Below are positions 48,235-61,654 of a DNA stretch of 64,000 nucleotides, piece by piece; within the stretch, counting starts at the first letter, position 1; each line of letters begins with the position of its first letter. Below the pieces are notes generated by a model, which did not search any database, had not been told where the DNA came from, and worked only from the letters and a program-made list of their open reading frames with translations. A program made the translations under genes and the position numbers. Source of the DNA: Squalus acanthias (lineage: Eukaryota); the NCBI GenBank assembly GCA_030390025.1, contig CM059440.1, positions 67,208,001 to 67,272,000 on the forward strand, in the 5' to 3' direction.

Positions 48235-50370
48235 CAATAACAACAGAAAATGCTGGAAGCACTCAGCAGGCCAGACAGCATCCGTGGAGAGAGAAACAGA
48301 GTTAACGTTTCAGGTCTGTAACCCTTCGTCAGAACTGGAAAAAGTTGGAGATGTAACAGGTTTTAAGCAGGTGCAGAGGCAGGAAAAGGGGGGCGGGGGG
48401 GAGGAAGGAACTAAAGGCACTAAAGTCTGTGCTAGGATTGAACTCAGGAGAGATAAAATGTTGCAAATGGGGATAGCAGAATCATCAACAGCTGCCGCCT
48501 GAAAAAATGGGGGGGTTATAGTCTGAAATTGTTGAACTCAATGTTGAGTCCAGAAGGCTGTAAAGTGCCTAATCGAAAGATGAGGTGTTGTTCATCGAAC
48601 TTACATTGAGCTTCTTTGGAACAGTGTAAGAGGGCAAGGACAGAGAGGCCAGAGTGGGAGTAGAGCGGAGAATTAAAGTGACAGGCGACCGGAAGCTCGG
48701 GGTCACCCTTACGGACTGAACGGAGGTGTTCCGCAAAGCGGTCATCCAATCTGCGCTTGGACTCCCCAATGTAGAGGAGACCGCATCGTGAGCAGCGAAT
48801 ACAGTATACTAAATTGCAAGAAGTACAAGTAAATTGCTGTTTCACCTGGAAGGGGTGTTTGGGGCCCTGGACAGTGGGAAGGGAGGAGGTAAAAGAGCAG
48901 GTGTTGCATCTCCTGCATGGGAAGGTGCCGTGGGGAGGGGAGGGGCTGTTGGGGGTGATAGAGGAGTGGACCAGGGTGTTGCGGAGGGAGCGGTCCCTTC
49001 GGAATGCTGAAAGGGGAGGTGAGGGGAAGATGCGTTTGGTGGTGGGATCACGTTGGAGGTGGCGGAAATGGCGGAGGATGATCCGTTAAATGTGGAGGCT
49101 GATGGGGTGAAAGGTGAGGACAAGGGGAACCCTATCGTGGTTCTGGGAGGGAGAAGGGGTGAGGGCAGAAGTGCAGGAAATGGAACGGACACAGTCAAGG
49201 GCCGTGTCAACCACGGTAGAGGGGAATCCTCGATTGAGGAAAATGGAAGACATATCGGAAGCACTGGTATGGAAGGTGGCATCGTCAGAACAGACGCGGC
49301 GGAGACGGAGAAACTGGGAGAATGGAATAGAGTCCTTACAGGAAGCGGGGTGGGAGGAAGTGTAGTCCAGGTAGCTGTGGGAGTCAGTGGGCTTGTAGTG
49401 GATGTTTGTTGATAGCCTATCGCCAGAAATAGAGACAGAGAAGTCAAGGAAGGGAAGAGAAGAGTCAGAGATGGACCATGTGAAGGTGAGGGAAGGGTGG
49501 AAATTCGAAGCAAAGTGAATTAAATTTTCCAGTTCAGGGCGAGAGCAGGAAACGGCACCGATACAGTCATCAATGTACCGGAAAAAGAGGTGAGGGAGGG
49601 GACCTGAGTAGGACTGGAACAAAGAATGTTCCACATATCCCACGAAAAGGCAGGCATAGCTCGGGCCCATGCGGGTTCCCATAGCAACACCTTTAATTTG
49701 GAGGAAGTGAGTGGAGTCAAAGGAGAAGTTGTTCAATGTGAGAACAAGTTCATCCAGGCGGAGGAGGGTGGTGGTGGAAGGGGACTGGTTGGGCCTCTGT
49801 ACAAGGAAGAAGTGGAGCGCCCTCAGGCCATCCTGGTGGGGGATGGAGGTGTAGAGAGATTAGACGTCCATAGTGAAAAGGAGACGGTTGGGGCCAGGAA
49901 ACTGGAAACTGTTAAAGTGGCGGAGGGCTTCGGAAGAGTCGCGAATATAGGTGGGAAGAGACTGGACAAGGGGAGAAAAAATAGAGTTGAGATAGGAAGA
50001 GATAAGTTCCGTGGGGCAAGAACAGGCTGAAACGATGGGTCTACCGGGGCAGTCCTGTTTGTGGATCTTGGGAAGGAGGTAGAAGCGGGCTGTGCGGGGT
50101 TTGGGGACTATGAGGTTGACAGCCATGGAGGGAAGATCTCCAGAGGAGATGAGGTCAATGACAGTCTTGGAAACAATGGCTTGATGTTTGGTAGTGGGGT
50201 CATGGTCCAGGGGGAGGTAGGAGGAGGTGTCAGAGAGTTGGTGTTCAGCCTCCGGATGGTAGAGGTCGGTTCGCCAAACAACAACGGCACCACCCTTGCC
50301 AGCAGGTTTAATGACAATGTTAGGGTTGGATCGGAGAGAACGGAGTGCTGCAAGTTCAGAGGGAGGTAGG
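48235..50370 (-). mobile_element. Penelope-like element (second family), RT-GIY-YIG with frameshifts; hammerhead motif at 48300-48336
   Basis: IKPAGKGG, LPKIHK, GVAMGTRMGP, RYIDD, LVYCIRCSRCGLLYIGE. Confidence 0.92.
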
Positions 50371-52367
50371 CTGGAGTGAGTATGTATATGACAAACTCCC
50401 TTTCGATATGTTCCTGCCATTATCATCCAGGTTTGTCAAATCCAATGCACTTTCTCAGCTAAAGTAAATGAAAATATTGGTTCAACTTCCAAATACAGCA
50501 TTGAAAATAGCTGAAAGAGTTACTGCTCTGTAGATGTGGCATGATTGACATTGCACAATCACAGGTGACTGTCACTCGATTTAAAACACAATTACCCACT
50601 TCTTCTTCCGGAAATTTGAGATTGTGCATCCCACAATGTGCTACGGTTTGAACATCACATCCTAGACACAATAATCAAGGACAGAGTAAGTCAGGGCTGT
50701 TGCAGAAACTGTCACTTCTTTCGGAACAAAATGTAAACCTACCTTTAATGCACAGCCATATTCTGCGACGGCTGTAATTTTGATAAAAGCCCCTCCGTGC
50801 AGCACTTTCAACTGTTACTTCCACATACATTCCAAAAGGAATTTTTGTTGAAGTGGTATGGGTGACTCATTCCAATTTTAAGTTCTCCCAATGTCTCAGG
50901 GTAAATGTACCAAGTGATCCAGTATTGAGCTACACGGACCAAGCAGTTTCCAGGTTCAGCCCCTGGTCTGTCTGTGCTCAGGTAGCTGATCTGAGCCAGG
51001 GTGGCAGTTGCATTAAATAAAACTGGGAAGGAAAAAGTCAGCTAGGGTACCTCCCCTCGATTGCTGACCCTTGCTGGAAAGTATCCATGTGTGAACAGCG
51101 GGTGAGGCCTGGATTGAGCTCACCTCCGATGCCTTTCATGGTTGAGTAGCCTGCTCACACTCACTGTCTAGGCTCACACATGGCGAATGCCCAAGGAACT
51201 GTTTTCAGTTTGGAAAGGCCTGATGTCCATTGAACCACATTTGCTTTGGTGAGGGCTGCCAGTGAGGAGGGGGGAGGGGAGAAAGGTGGAAGAAAAATAT
51301 CACTAAAAAGTAAAAGAAATCTTAATTTTAGAATATCAGAATCATCCATATCTACTCAATACACTATGTGATATTTAAAATAGATCTTTAACTTTATGTA
51401 ACTGAGTACGAGAGACTAGACTGATTCCCACTCCATACTCTATTTCACCAGACATAGTGCAGCCTACGTGCAGCATCAACCCACCCTCCAACCATGCGAT
51501 CTTCTAGGAAAGGCAAAAAAACTGAGAAGAAAACTTCAGTTTAATCTGAGAAAAAACCTTGCTCCTGATAGCCCGGCGAGGTTAGCGGCAGAGGTACCCA
51601 GTGGGCGGATTCTGGTCCTCGCACAGGGATCAGAGCCTTTTTGAGGCCTACATCTTTAAGATCTTTTCTTCTGACGATCAGGAAGTTGATTTCCAAATGC
51701 ACCTGTTTTATACAGACGCTCAGCAATGGTGCCATGCTCGAGGAGTTACCAACAGAAAACAAAGGGTAGGGAAGCCCCACCCTAATGTACATGTTTTTGG
51801 GGCCTTTAATGAGGCCTACACATTCAAGCAGCATGAAGGCCTTAAGCCTCCAGTGCTGTCCATTTGGAACATACTGGGCAGCTCGCTCCCAACACAGTCA
51901 AGCAGTCCCCCTTGATGCCTGGGTTTCTGCCTTCCCTGTGCCCAGCACACAGTTGTGCCAATGCTGCAAGGCAGAGGAAAATCTCCTTTTGTTTGTTTAC
52001 ATTCACAAATTCTCGACATGGAAGACAGAGGGGGCTAAATTCGATAACTCCAGAAAACGGGCACGGGATTGTGATGCGCGATCAGCCCACGCCCGTTCAA
52101 TGTAATGCAGGCAGCAACTTTGTGCTGCTTGCTCATTTCAATGATTTCACCATGCAGCCAGTGCTAACCGTGCTGTTAATTGGCTGAACGCATCAGCGGG
52201 GGGGGGGGGGGGGCAAAATCATGAGAAGATAGCACCAGTTAAAGCTAGTCTGCACTGCTTAACATAGCCAGCATCTCTTAAAGGGGAGGTGCATTGTGGC
52301 TGGAGCAGGTGCTGGAAGTCCTTCAGGAAGTGAATCTGTCCTGGGAAACAGTGAAGAATGGGACAAC

Positions 52368-53790
52368 ATGGGAGAGTGTACTCCAAAGTTTTCCGACGCT
52401 GCACTGGAGGCCTTGGTGGAGGAGGTGGAAAGGAGGAGAGATGTCCTGTATCTGCAGGGGGCCAGGAGGCCCTCCAGACGCACCCTCAGAAGGCAGTGGG
52501 AACAAATAGCCGTGGAGCTCAATGCCAGGAGTCTAGCCCTGAGGACCTGGATGCAGTGCTGCAAGAAGTTCAATGACCTCACACGAGTGGTCAAGGTCAG
52601 TGAATGCATCTTCAAATACCATATCCTACCAACTGCACCACAAGCCTCAGCCGCTGCTCAATGCATCACACCCCCATCAGTCACCTACCAACAATCTCTA
52701 TCAATCAGGACTCATACCTAACATTCATAGCTTCAACTCACCCTCACACACTTAGCACTGCTCTGCAAGCCTCACACCCACATCTCACAGCTTACACACA
52801 CTGCCAGCTATTCAACCATGACAACCACATCACCCAAACAGATTGCATGACATTCACTAACACAATTCCCTCTCTCTTGCAGGACAAGGTGGCGCACAAC
52901 CGGAGGCAGCAGGAGCTAACCGGCGGGGGACAGGCGCACCTTCATATCCTGACCCCCGTGGAGGAGATGGCGCTGGCCATTATTGGAGTGGCCATTGCTG
53001 AGGCCGTGGCCAGTGGCGGGGCTGAAACCATCGAAGATGACGATATCTTCATACCTAATCCTCCTTCTTACATCCCACTTCCCCCTCATCTCACAATCTC
53101 TTCTGATTTACAAGCTGCAGATAGTGTAAGCATGCACCTCTGATTTTCCCACCCTCCCCTCACCACAACCTTACCCTTGTGCCTTTCTCCTTTCAGATAC
53201 CCAAGTACTGCAACCTGGTCAGGCAACGGTGGAAGAGCAAGAAGACAGTGATGATGAAGACACGCCATCACTCGATTTAACAGCCACCAGCTCAGATACT
53301 GACGCTGCGCGTAATTTAGAGGATAGCATAGAGGCGGGATCTGTACATGGTGAGACACGGGGCACGAGTGTGCTGCAGCCAGAGCAGGGGACAAGGGTAG
53401 CGCAGGTGCCAGCTCGCCGGAGGGCGAGGTCGCACACGAGTTCTGCTGCAGAGGACTCAGATAAGGATTTCAATGGGGCTGGCTATCGAAGAAGGCTGAT
53501 GGGTATGCACAATGAAATGCTTGGTGCATTGGGAAGCCTTCTAGAAAAGCCTGCATGGAGGAGTTCGGCACTAACTTGGCACAGGGCTTTGTTCAGAGCT
53601 CGGAGCCCATCCTTTCCAGCATGGAAGTGGTGGCCAACTCCATTCGCACACTTGTGGGCCAAACCATGATGCAGCCTCTGATGGCCAATGTCTCAGCTTC
53701 CATTGCAGCACAAGCAGCAGCCACCCAACGTCTGAGTGCTGCAGTGGAAGCTCAGACTGCTGCCATCATGGTTCTGGATTCCAGTCTTCA
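52368..53790 (+). pseudogene. Spliced Myb/SANT-like DNA-binding gene of a Harbinger-type transposon, truncated at the duplication breakpoint
   Basis: Exon 1 52368-52595 (FSDAALEALVEEV...WEQIA..LNA...RTWMQCCKKFNDL|GT); exon 2 from 52883 (DKVAHNRRQQELTGGG); exon 3 from ~53198 is acidic; TIR-like GGGGCTAAATTCG at ~52031. Confidence 0.75.
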
Positions 53791-53836
53791 AAGGAGATGG
53801 TGCAGTCCACGGCCGGGCCTTCTCGGCCCAGAGCTG

Positions 53837-53980
53837 CTATATGCATCTCTTCACTTCACCTGACGAAGGAGCAGCGCTCCGAAAGCTTGTGATTTCTAAT
53901 AAAGCTGTTGGACTATAACCTGGTGTTGTGCGACTTCTCACATTTGTCCACCCCAGTCCAACACCGGCATCTCCGCATCA
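53837..53980 (+). mobile_element. Penelope 3' terminus (right cap of the 18-kb insertion); hammerhead motif at 53856-53892
   Basis: Near-perfect inverted copy of 35998-36103, extended to the family 3' end CTCCGCATCA; stem II GGAGC-AGC-GCTCC. Confidence 0.92.
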
Positions 53981-54460
53981 TTGCTAATAGCCATTATGTG
54001 TTAGCTTCAGTGCCTCCATTTTTCTGGCCAATCTGCTATTAACACCTCACAAACATGGGATGTTGCCAACCCGTCTGCTCCTTCCTACACCCCCATTGTC
54101 CCAACTAATCTCCAATATTAGCATATCCTAATCGGACAATGACCCGGGATGTTGTGATTAACTTTGATGGGACAAGGCTGACACAGAGCAAATTCGAACA
54201 TGAGACACATGTAATATAGTTTTTGTAAGAGCTGTGACCTGTTGGAGATTAAATAAAACCACTAATAAGGTTTATAAACCAAAAGAGAGCAACTGATATC
54301 CTGATTTTTAAGAGTTTGTCTGATTGTCTCATGATTTGAGATGGTTGGGTGGCAATATGGCATTACTGTATATACGCTTTCAAGTGGTTGCTGTTGTTGT
54401 ATTTTTTAGCAATTTCTGTTGCAGATTTCCAACATTTTATCCTTCCTCTTTAATTTACAG

Positions 54461-56949
54461 CTGGATTTGAAGTCAGAATGGTTTTTGGACCAGTGACAGC
54501 TATCCGAGGCCAAATTGTTGTGCTAGGATGCAGTTTCACTGTGACTAGAGAGTCACCTGCGAAGAATATCATGGTCACCTGGCAACGCGTCGACACTAAA
54601 GAGGTTGTCCACAGTTATTATTATGGAGAAGACCAGCTCAGCAAGCAGAATTCTCAATATTCAGGCAGAACAAGTCTATTCCCAGAGGAGTTTAAAAATG
54701 GAAATGCTTCACTGAAATTAGAAGGAGTAAGACCAAACGACACTGGACTATAGCAGTGTTATGTCAGTAATACAATTGGAAATGATAAAGGAACAGTTTC
54801 TGTGAGATTTGCAGGTAAATATACTGAACATATTTCTCTTTTCTTAGTTCCCCATTTTACCTGAAGATGCTGACTCCTGCTACGGTATTGTAGCCTGGAA
54901 TACATCCTCTCTCTTTATTCCTAGTGAATGATTAACAGGCCATGTACTGTAAACTTCTTAACGTTAAGTGTTAATAAGCACAGTGCAGAATGGAGCTAAT
55001 AGAGCCCATTATATAACCTAGAGCTATTGGAACATTTCTCAAATTACCTTTCTCTAAACTGATTGGATTAAAAGTTGGAGGAGTTTCACTATATTGGAAA
55101 ATTTATTTTTATGATGCCTTAAAATAGCACTAGAGGCTGATTTACGTGGACCCCTCTCTCCAGGTCGAGCTTCGTCTGGATATGGTCCGGTCACAGCCCT
55201 AGCACTCCTTACAGGGCCCTAATGTCAGCAAATGTTAGTTGGAGAAGAGCAGCCAGAATGGCAGAAGATCTGGTGGGTCACTGTTTTAAAAAAAAACTTC
55301 CAGCTACCTTTTGGTTTCTCTTCGCTTTGCTGCCCGGTCCCCTCAGGCCCCCCGACCCGAGTGGGTCCCAAACTCGAGGCCCACCATCAGCTTCTTAGAC
55401 CTGCGCCTATTGCAAGCACTGGCCCTACTCCACCCCTTGGAGCAAGCCCAGGAAATCCCAGGACAGTCTAAAGGAGGTGGATGCCTGGCATAACTGGTCT
55501 TTGCTCCATTTTCCTGACCTTTGTTCCCAGGGAATAGGCGTTCCCTGGGGTAAAGGCCAAGATAATCTGCCTATGATGTAATGAGATTGCGATCAAATCA
55601 TTTTTTCATCTTCTGAGGATGCTCAACCTGTGCAGAACTCGAACGTCAAGTACACACTTGACCTCTAACTCTTCTGTGCTGCACTCCTTGTACTCAAAAC
55701 AAATAAGTGACTGGTAACCAAGAACTTTATAATCATTATATTAGGCCGTGCATTGTTCTGCAATATAGCTCAAGCATATACCAAAGGTATATGGCACTGT
55801 ATCATTTATTACTGAAGAGGCAAGACTGAAAGATTGTTTTAATTTCACAGCATACTACAATGAGCCAGTGCTGTTGATCAAACAGAAACTGTCCAGCACC
55901 ATTTTAACATTTGAGTCCCGAGGCTTTCCTAAGGCTGATGTTTCTTGGTACAACGGAGACAATCTACATGATTCCCTTTTGTCCAAATGTTCATACCAGC
56001 AAACTGCTGATGGTCTGTACATAGTCGAAAGCACTATGGAAATCATTGTCACAGAAAGAAGTTCAAACTATACATTCGTGTTAAGAAATGCTGCTGTCAA
56101 TCAAACTATCTCGAGGACACTTAGTTTTCTTATTCCAGGTAAGATTTTGCTTTTTTTTCTCACCAATTTTCTTCCTCTCCTTCTCTCTTGAAGGTACCAG
56201 GCCACTCTCACACTCAGGTGGGTTATTATTTATGTGGGAACATTAATAGTGGGTTTTACCAGGCGGATCATCAATGGTGCATCAGAGCTGCACCTGATCC
56301 TATCCTCACCTTCTGTCCACAAAGGTGCAGTTTCAGAATGGGTCACTGATAACCCTAGGGCATTAAGACCAATTGTCACATCCATACTGCTGTCCCAGCT
56401 GTTATCAGCTAACTCAGCATATATTGAAGGTGGGACTGCATGACTCAGCTACTCACTGGAGAGACTCACTGAGCCACTGGAGGAGCTAGACTTTTCATTT
56501 TAATAATAATAACTGAGTCATCTATTTATTATTTTAGAAAATGAATCTTTACAAAACAAATTCAATTCACACAATTTTCATCGCTAGCACATTTAAGTTG
56601 AGTATTCAGTAATTTGCTCATCACTTTAGTCGCTTCTACCCACCAGGAAGCCGCAGTAGCATCTGAATAGAACCTCCTTGTGATTTTTTTGAGCTGCTTC
56701 TATTTTTATGATTCTTTTTATTCAAGGAATAAAAGTTTTTTTCCTCTTTTTTTTCTACTTCCAGAGAATTCAATCGGGAAGAAAGACCGTTCCTGCAATT
56801 ATTATGCAGCCCTCATCAGTTGCATTCTGGGGACTATACTCATAATAATAATAATAATAATGATAATAATAGCACTAACTGTGATGTTACATAAACACAG
56901 GTATATTAAACCAAAGAAAATGGAATACAATAATCCAGGTCCACCATGA
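54461..56949 (+). pseudogene. B7-like paralog B (IgV 54461-54814, IgC 55851-56138, TM 56765-56949)
   Basis: Same exon structure as copy A; nonsense TAG at 54751-53 replaces the Tyr of DxGxYxC. Confidence 0.93.
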
Positions 56950-59900
56950 GATCACCGTGGATTCCAAAATATCCTGATGGTTGTAACCAATTCTCTGCTG
57001 GACTTGTATGGTGTTTGGAGTTACAAATGGATGTGGTATGAATGCTCTTTGTTCCAATTAATGAGTCTGAATGGTCGGCACGTCGCACTTATTGACACTT
57101 CCATCTTGTCTGACACCTTCAATCTCAATGTCTCCTTCGGTTCCTTCTAGACCTCGCTCTAGTACTCAAATCTTAATACATGGGAAATTAAGTATAGCTT
57201 AGCATTAGCTTATGAGGCAAATAGCTTGGTGTTTAAATTAGTGTTTCCTTACAGCTAGAACAGTCATTAGCTTCAAGGTCTCCATTAACTGTTGAATAAA
57301 GAAAGTTTATAGGAAGCTAAAAACAAAGATAAGGGAACCTAAGCCTTGTCTCTGTTACAGCTAGAATAGTCATTAGTTCCAAGGTCTCTATTAACTGTTG
57401 AATAAAGAAAGTTGGTAGGAAGCTAAAAACAAAGATAACCAAAGTCTCTGTCTAATTGGGATAGAGATAGGCACAATAGTGTACCATCATAATAATCCAT
57501 TGTAAGGTTTTACGCCTCAAACATAATGATTCGGATGTGACTCCATATTGGCAACGGTACGTTTTATTGGTATACAGTCGAAATCAATACAACCGGCAAA
57601 GACTTATGTTAACTGATAGTAATTTACAGTTCCGAAGGATATTACCAAATTCGGTCACTGGAAAGTGTAGCGTGCGATGTCTCCGTTGTATCTTTAATCC
57701 GGTCCGGCAGTTGTCTTACAAGCAGAGAAGAGCATTAGGCTTTCGCCAGTATGGACCGCTCATTAATACCAGCGTACCAGAGAGACGTTAAGCCCTTTTG
57801 GCTAGCATAAATCCATCTCTACAGGTACCGTCGTCCTCCTCTCTATATCTGTACATCTCAGGTCAAACAGTCACCTTTTATCCTTCAAAGTTCTGATCAT
57901 TTGATTAACAAAGTCCAATCGTGTCTGTCCACGCCAGGTTCGCTTAACGAGCAAGTCGCACTTATTGACACTTCTATCTTGTCTGATACCTTCATTCTCA
58001 ATGTCTCCTTCGGTTCCTTCTAGACCTCGCTCTAGTACTCAAATCTTAATACATTTCATAATCTCACACCATAGATAGTGTGTATGTATGCTTGTTGGCA
58101 CAGTTAATTGAACAAAAGACATTGTACCTGGACTTTAAAAAACTTGCCAAAGAAGAGCTTTTCAGATGGTTACCTGGGAACCAGATTGGACATACAGCTG
58201 CAAAATGGTATAATAAGTAAGACTCCCTTTTTCACACAGAAAAGCAGGCCAATTAGGAGTTGGGAGCAGATGAGATAAGGGACATGTTACACGCCATGAA
58301 GCTTAGTCTTTGGGCTAGGCTGGCTGTAATGGAAATGTACTGGAGGGGCATGACCACGTTAAATCAGGTGACGGAAGGGATCCAATCAAGGGAAAAGAGG
58401 CAGATTCAATTTCACTACAGGCACAGAATTGTATAAAAACAGACATTTTGTGTTTTAAAGTTTAGTACAATGTTAGGATGCATGTTTACATCTATTGTAC
58501 TCTGTCTGCCAATCTACTCCGCAGTATTTTGCCTCAATATTGTAGCCTGTGTGCTCTGTCCTGCACTCCCTGGGAGTATGGCTCCCTGCTCAGAGCACAA
58601 GGTCATGGCATTAGTTGTTAAGTGTGTACAATTCTGGGCACCACACTTTAAGATGGATGTCAAGGCCTTGGAGAGGGTACAGAGGAGGTTTACCAAGATG
58701 ATACCAGGGAAGAGGGAATTCAGTTATGTGGAGAGATCGGAGAAACTGGGATTGTTCTCCTTAGAGCACAAAAGGTTAAGGGAAGACCTAATAGAGGTAT
58801 TCAAAATCATGAGGGGTTTTGATGGAGCAAGTAGGGAAAAACTATTTCCTCTGGCCAGTAGGTCAGTAACCAGAGGTCATGGATTTAATATAATTGGCAA
58901 AAGAGCTAGAGGGGAAATGAGGAGATATGTCTTCACACAGAAGGTTGTTAAGATCAGGATCGCACTACCTGAAAGGGTGGTAGAAGCAGATTCCATACGA
59001 ACTTTTAAAAGTCAATTAGACAGGTACTTGAAGAGGACTAATTTGCAGGGTTATGGGGAAAAAGCTGGGGTGTTGGACTAATTGGACAGCTCCTTCAAAG
59101 CGCAGGCATGACGGGCCAAATGGCCTCCTTCTGTGCTGTGAGAATCTATGGGGGAGAAATTCCCCTAGAGGGCCATTTGGGGCGCTAAGTCAAAAATGTT
59201 TGAAAAGTTAGCACCAAACATTTGAGAAATTTCCATTTTTTGCTCCAAGAGGGAAGTGGAGCTAAATCAAGTGTCTCGATCCGGGGCGATGTGCTCAGCA
59301 GCGCCACATGTGGCCACGTGTGGTGCTGCCGCGTTGCAGGGGCTCTTCCCTCAATTAAAGGGAAGGGCTCCCCGCTGCGAGCTCTGCATTTTTTTGGGCA
59401 TCTGCTGGAGCACCGGGGTGCGGGAGTGCCGCGCGTCTGTTGCTCAGAATTTTTTTTTTTAAATCGCCTATTTTTTTCATGTCGGTCGGCCAGCCACCGC
59501 GCTTTTAAATGGCGCCCCGCGAGCGGTCGGCCTCACTGTTCGCGACCCCTGCAGCAGTCGGTAACATCGCCCGATGGCATCATGATCTCCGGGCGCAGAA
59601 GATCGGGGCGATACCTGTTAGCGCCGCCGCTAACCTCACACAGAATTTCGCAGGAGGCGCAGTTATCGCCTCGGGGGGGGGGCGGGGAAGCCATTTGCGC
59701 CCCGTTAGCACCTCCCACCGGAGGCATAAATGAGGGGAATTTCACCACCTATGATTCTAGATGTGAATGTTGTTTTAAATTTAAACTACCGGTCAGATTT
59801 TGCACATTCCCCATTAGGCTAGCTTAAAGAGCAAGGTCATATGTGTGCTTCAGAATCTTTGATATTTATTCAGATGACCTGAAGCCACAAACTTGGGCAC

Positions 59901-61654
59901 ATTCACATCAGTGCACTGTGGGCTAGCTTTGGCAAGCAGCTTGATTTTGCTGGACCTTACACTCACTTGAACAGCTGAGATCTGCTTGCCAGCACTGTGC
60001 TGAGAAACTGGCTTTCAAAATACTTTCGAACTCCATTCTCCTGCAACCACCCCCCTTTAATGATACCAGGCCCTTATCGTACCTCCTCAAAGTACTGCCA
60101 GACCACAGTCTGTCCCAACACTACTGGATCCCAGCCTCCCCTCTAATAACGCCAGATACTACCTCCTCAGTGCTCCTTGTAAGAAAGGGTTAACCTGCTC
60201 GAAAGCTTGGCGGTAGCATTTATAAATAACTAACTGACTAACTAACATAGTTAGCAGCTATTGTGTAGGGAATAGCAGAGTCAGCAACCTGTATCCTGTT
60301 ATTGAAGCCGGAACAAACCTCAGTTATAATGCGAGGAAGACAGGACATGATCAGGAATCTGATTGGTGCAGGCATATGGCATGATCAGAACAGGAACATT
60401 AAGGAAAACGAGGGAAGTAAGTATGGTACGTGCTGATTGGATTAGGTTGTGTGATATTCTGTTTTCTGGTGCGTAACGGACAAGCGCTTGAGGCTGTTTA
60501 GTGTAGAAGAATTTTGAGGCGAGAGGCGATGGGAAGCATCCAGCAGGAAGGGAACAGACCTATCGCGTAACATCAAGAGGCAAACTTCTATCCAGGACGG
60601 AGCGGGTGATATACTTTCTGCTTGGTTCTGTAAAATATCACTTATGTACTGTAATGTGTTAAGTTTTACACATCTTAAAGTATCATTGTATCCAATTGGC
60701 GTTGAGTCGAATTCCCTACACCCTGGACCCAAGACCCCTCTATACAATCCTACTGAAGTAAGATATTAAAAAATTGGACATAACAAGGGCAAGACGGGCA
60801 TGACTCATTTGCAGAAAAGCAGGCCTATAACGAGATTAACAGAAGCAGGCCTATAACGAGATTAACAGAAGCAGGCCTATAATGAGATTAACAGAAGCAG
60901 GCCTATAACGAGATTAACAGAAGCAGGCCTATAATGAGATTAACAGAAAACGGCTAGCACAGTTCTGGAAACCACATCATGGGCTAGCACAGCATTGTGT
61001 GTAAATTATGTGTTATCTTTGTATAAACCGCCACCCTCGGATAATGAGTAAATGTGTAACTTTTAAAATTAATTGGACCTCCGTAAGGGTAAGGCAGAAA
61101 TGTTTGTATAAATATGTGTGCTTTGATTAGCTCGGTGGAGTTGGACTTACACAGCGACGTAAGAGGTTCTCCCCAGGCCTGAATAAACCGTTGTGACTTC
61201 AATTACTTGGTCTGTCTTTCTTTCAACAAGCCAGTAGCGTCGACCTTGTATATCACTTGGTCCGCACTTTGGGGGCTTACTTCACTACCAAATGGTTGGT
61301 CCCACCTTTCCAGCACTCTAGCAGCATTACCTTGCTCCTGGATTATGGGACCCTTCTCATTGTAGCCCCACACCCAGGGACCCCTTCCCAATGCTCCCAT
61401 ATCTCAGCATCCTCACTGTTAGCTACCAAACCACACCATCCTCTTACCATTTTCCCCAGGCTCTAAACACATCATTGTCTTACATAATCTAGTCAAAATT
61501 TTATTATGTTGCACAAGCCCAAACCAATCACAAGTGAAATGCATACAACACTTCATGCAACACTCTTACCATCCAGACATCACAGATGGAATTGGACACA
61601 GAGAAGCATTAACTAACATTACTGTACTTAACCTGCATCTACGATAACACATTA

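Noticed and set aside
54331-54424. Possible leader exon upstream of the paralog B IgV (…KWLLLLYFLAISVA)
   Set aside because: In-frame stop after the ATG, no GT donor, and it resembles a decayed repeat tail; the true leader homolog is at 27861.
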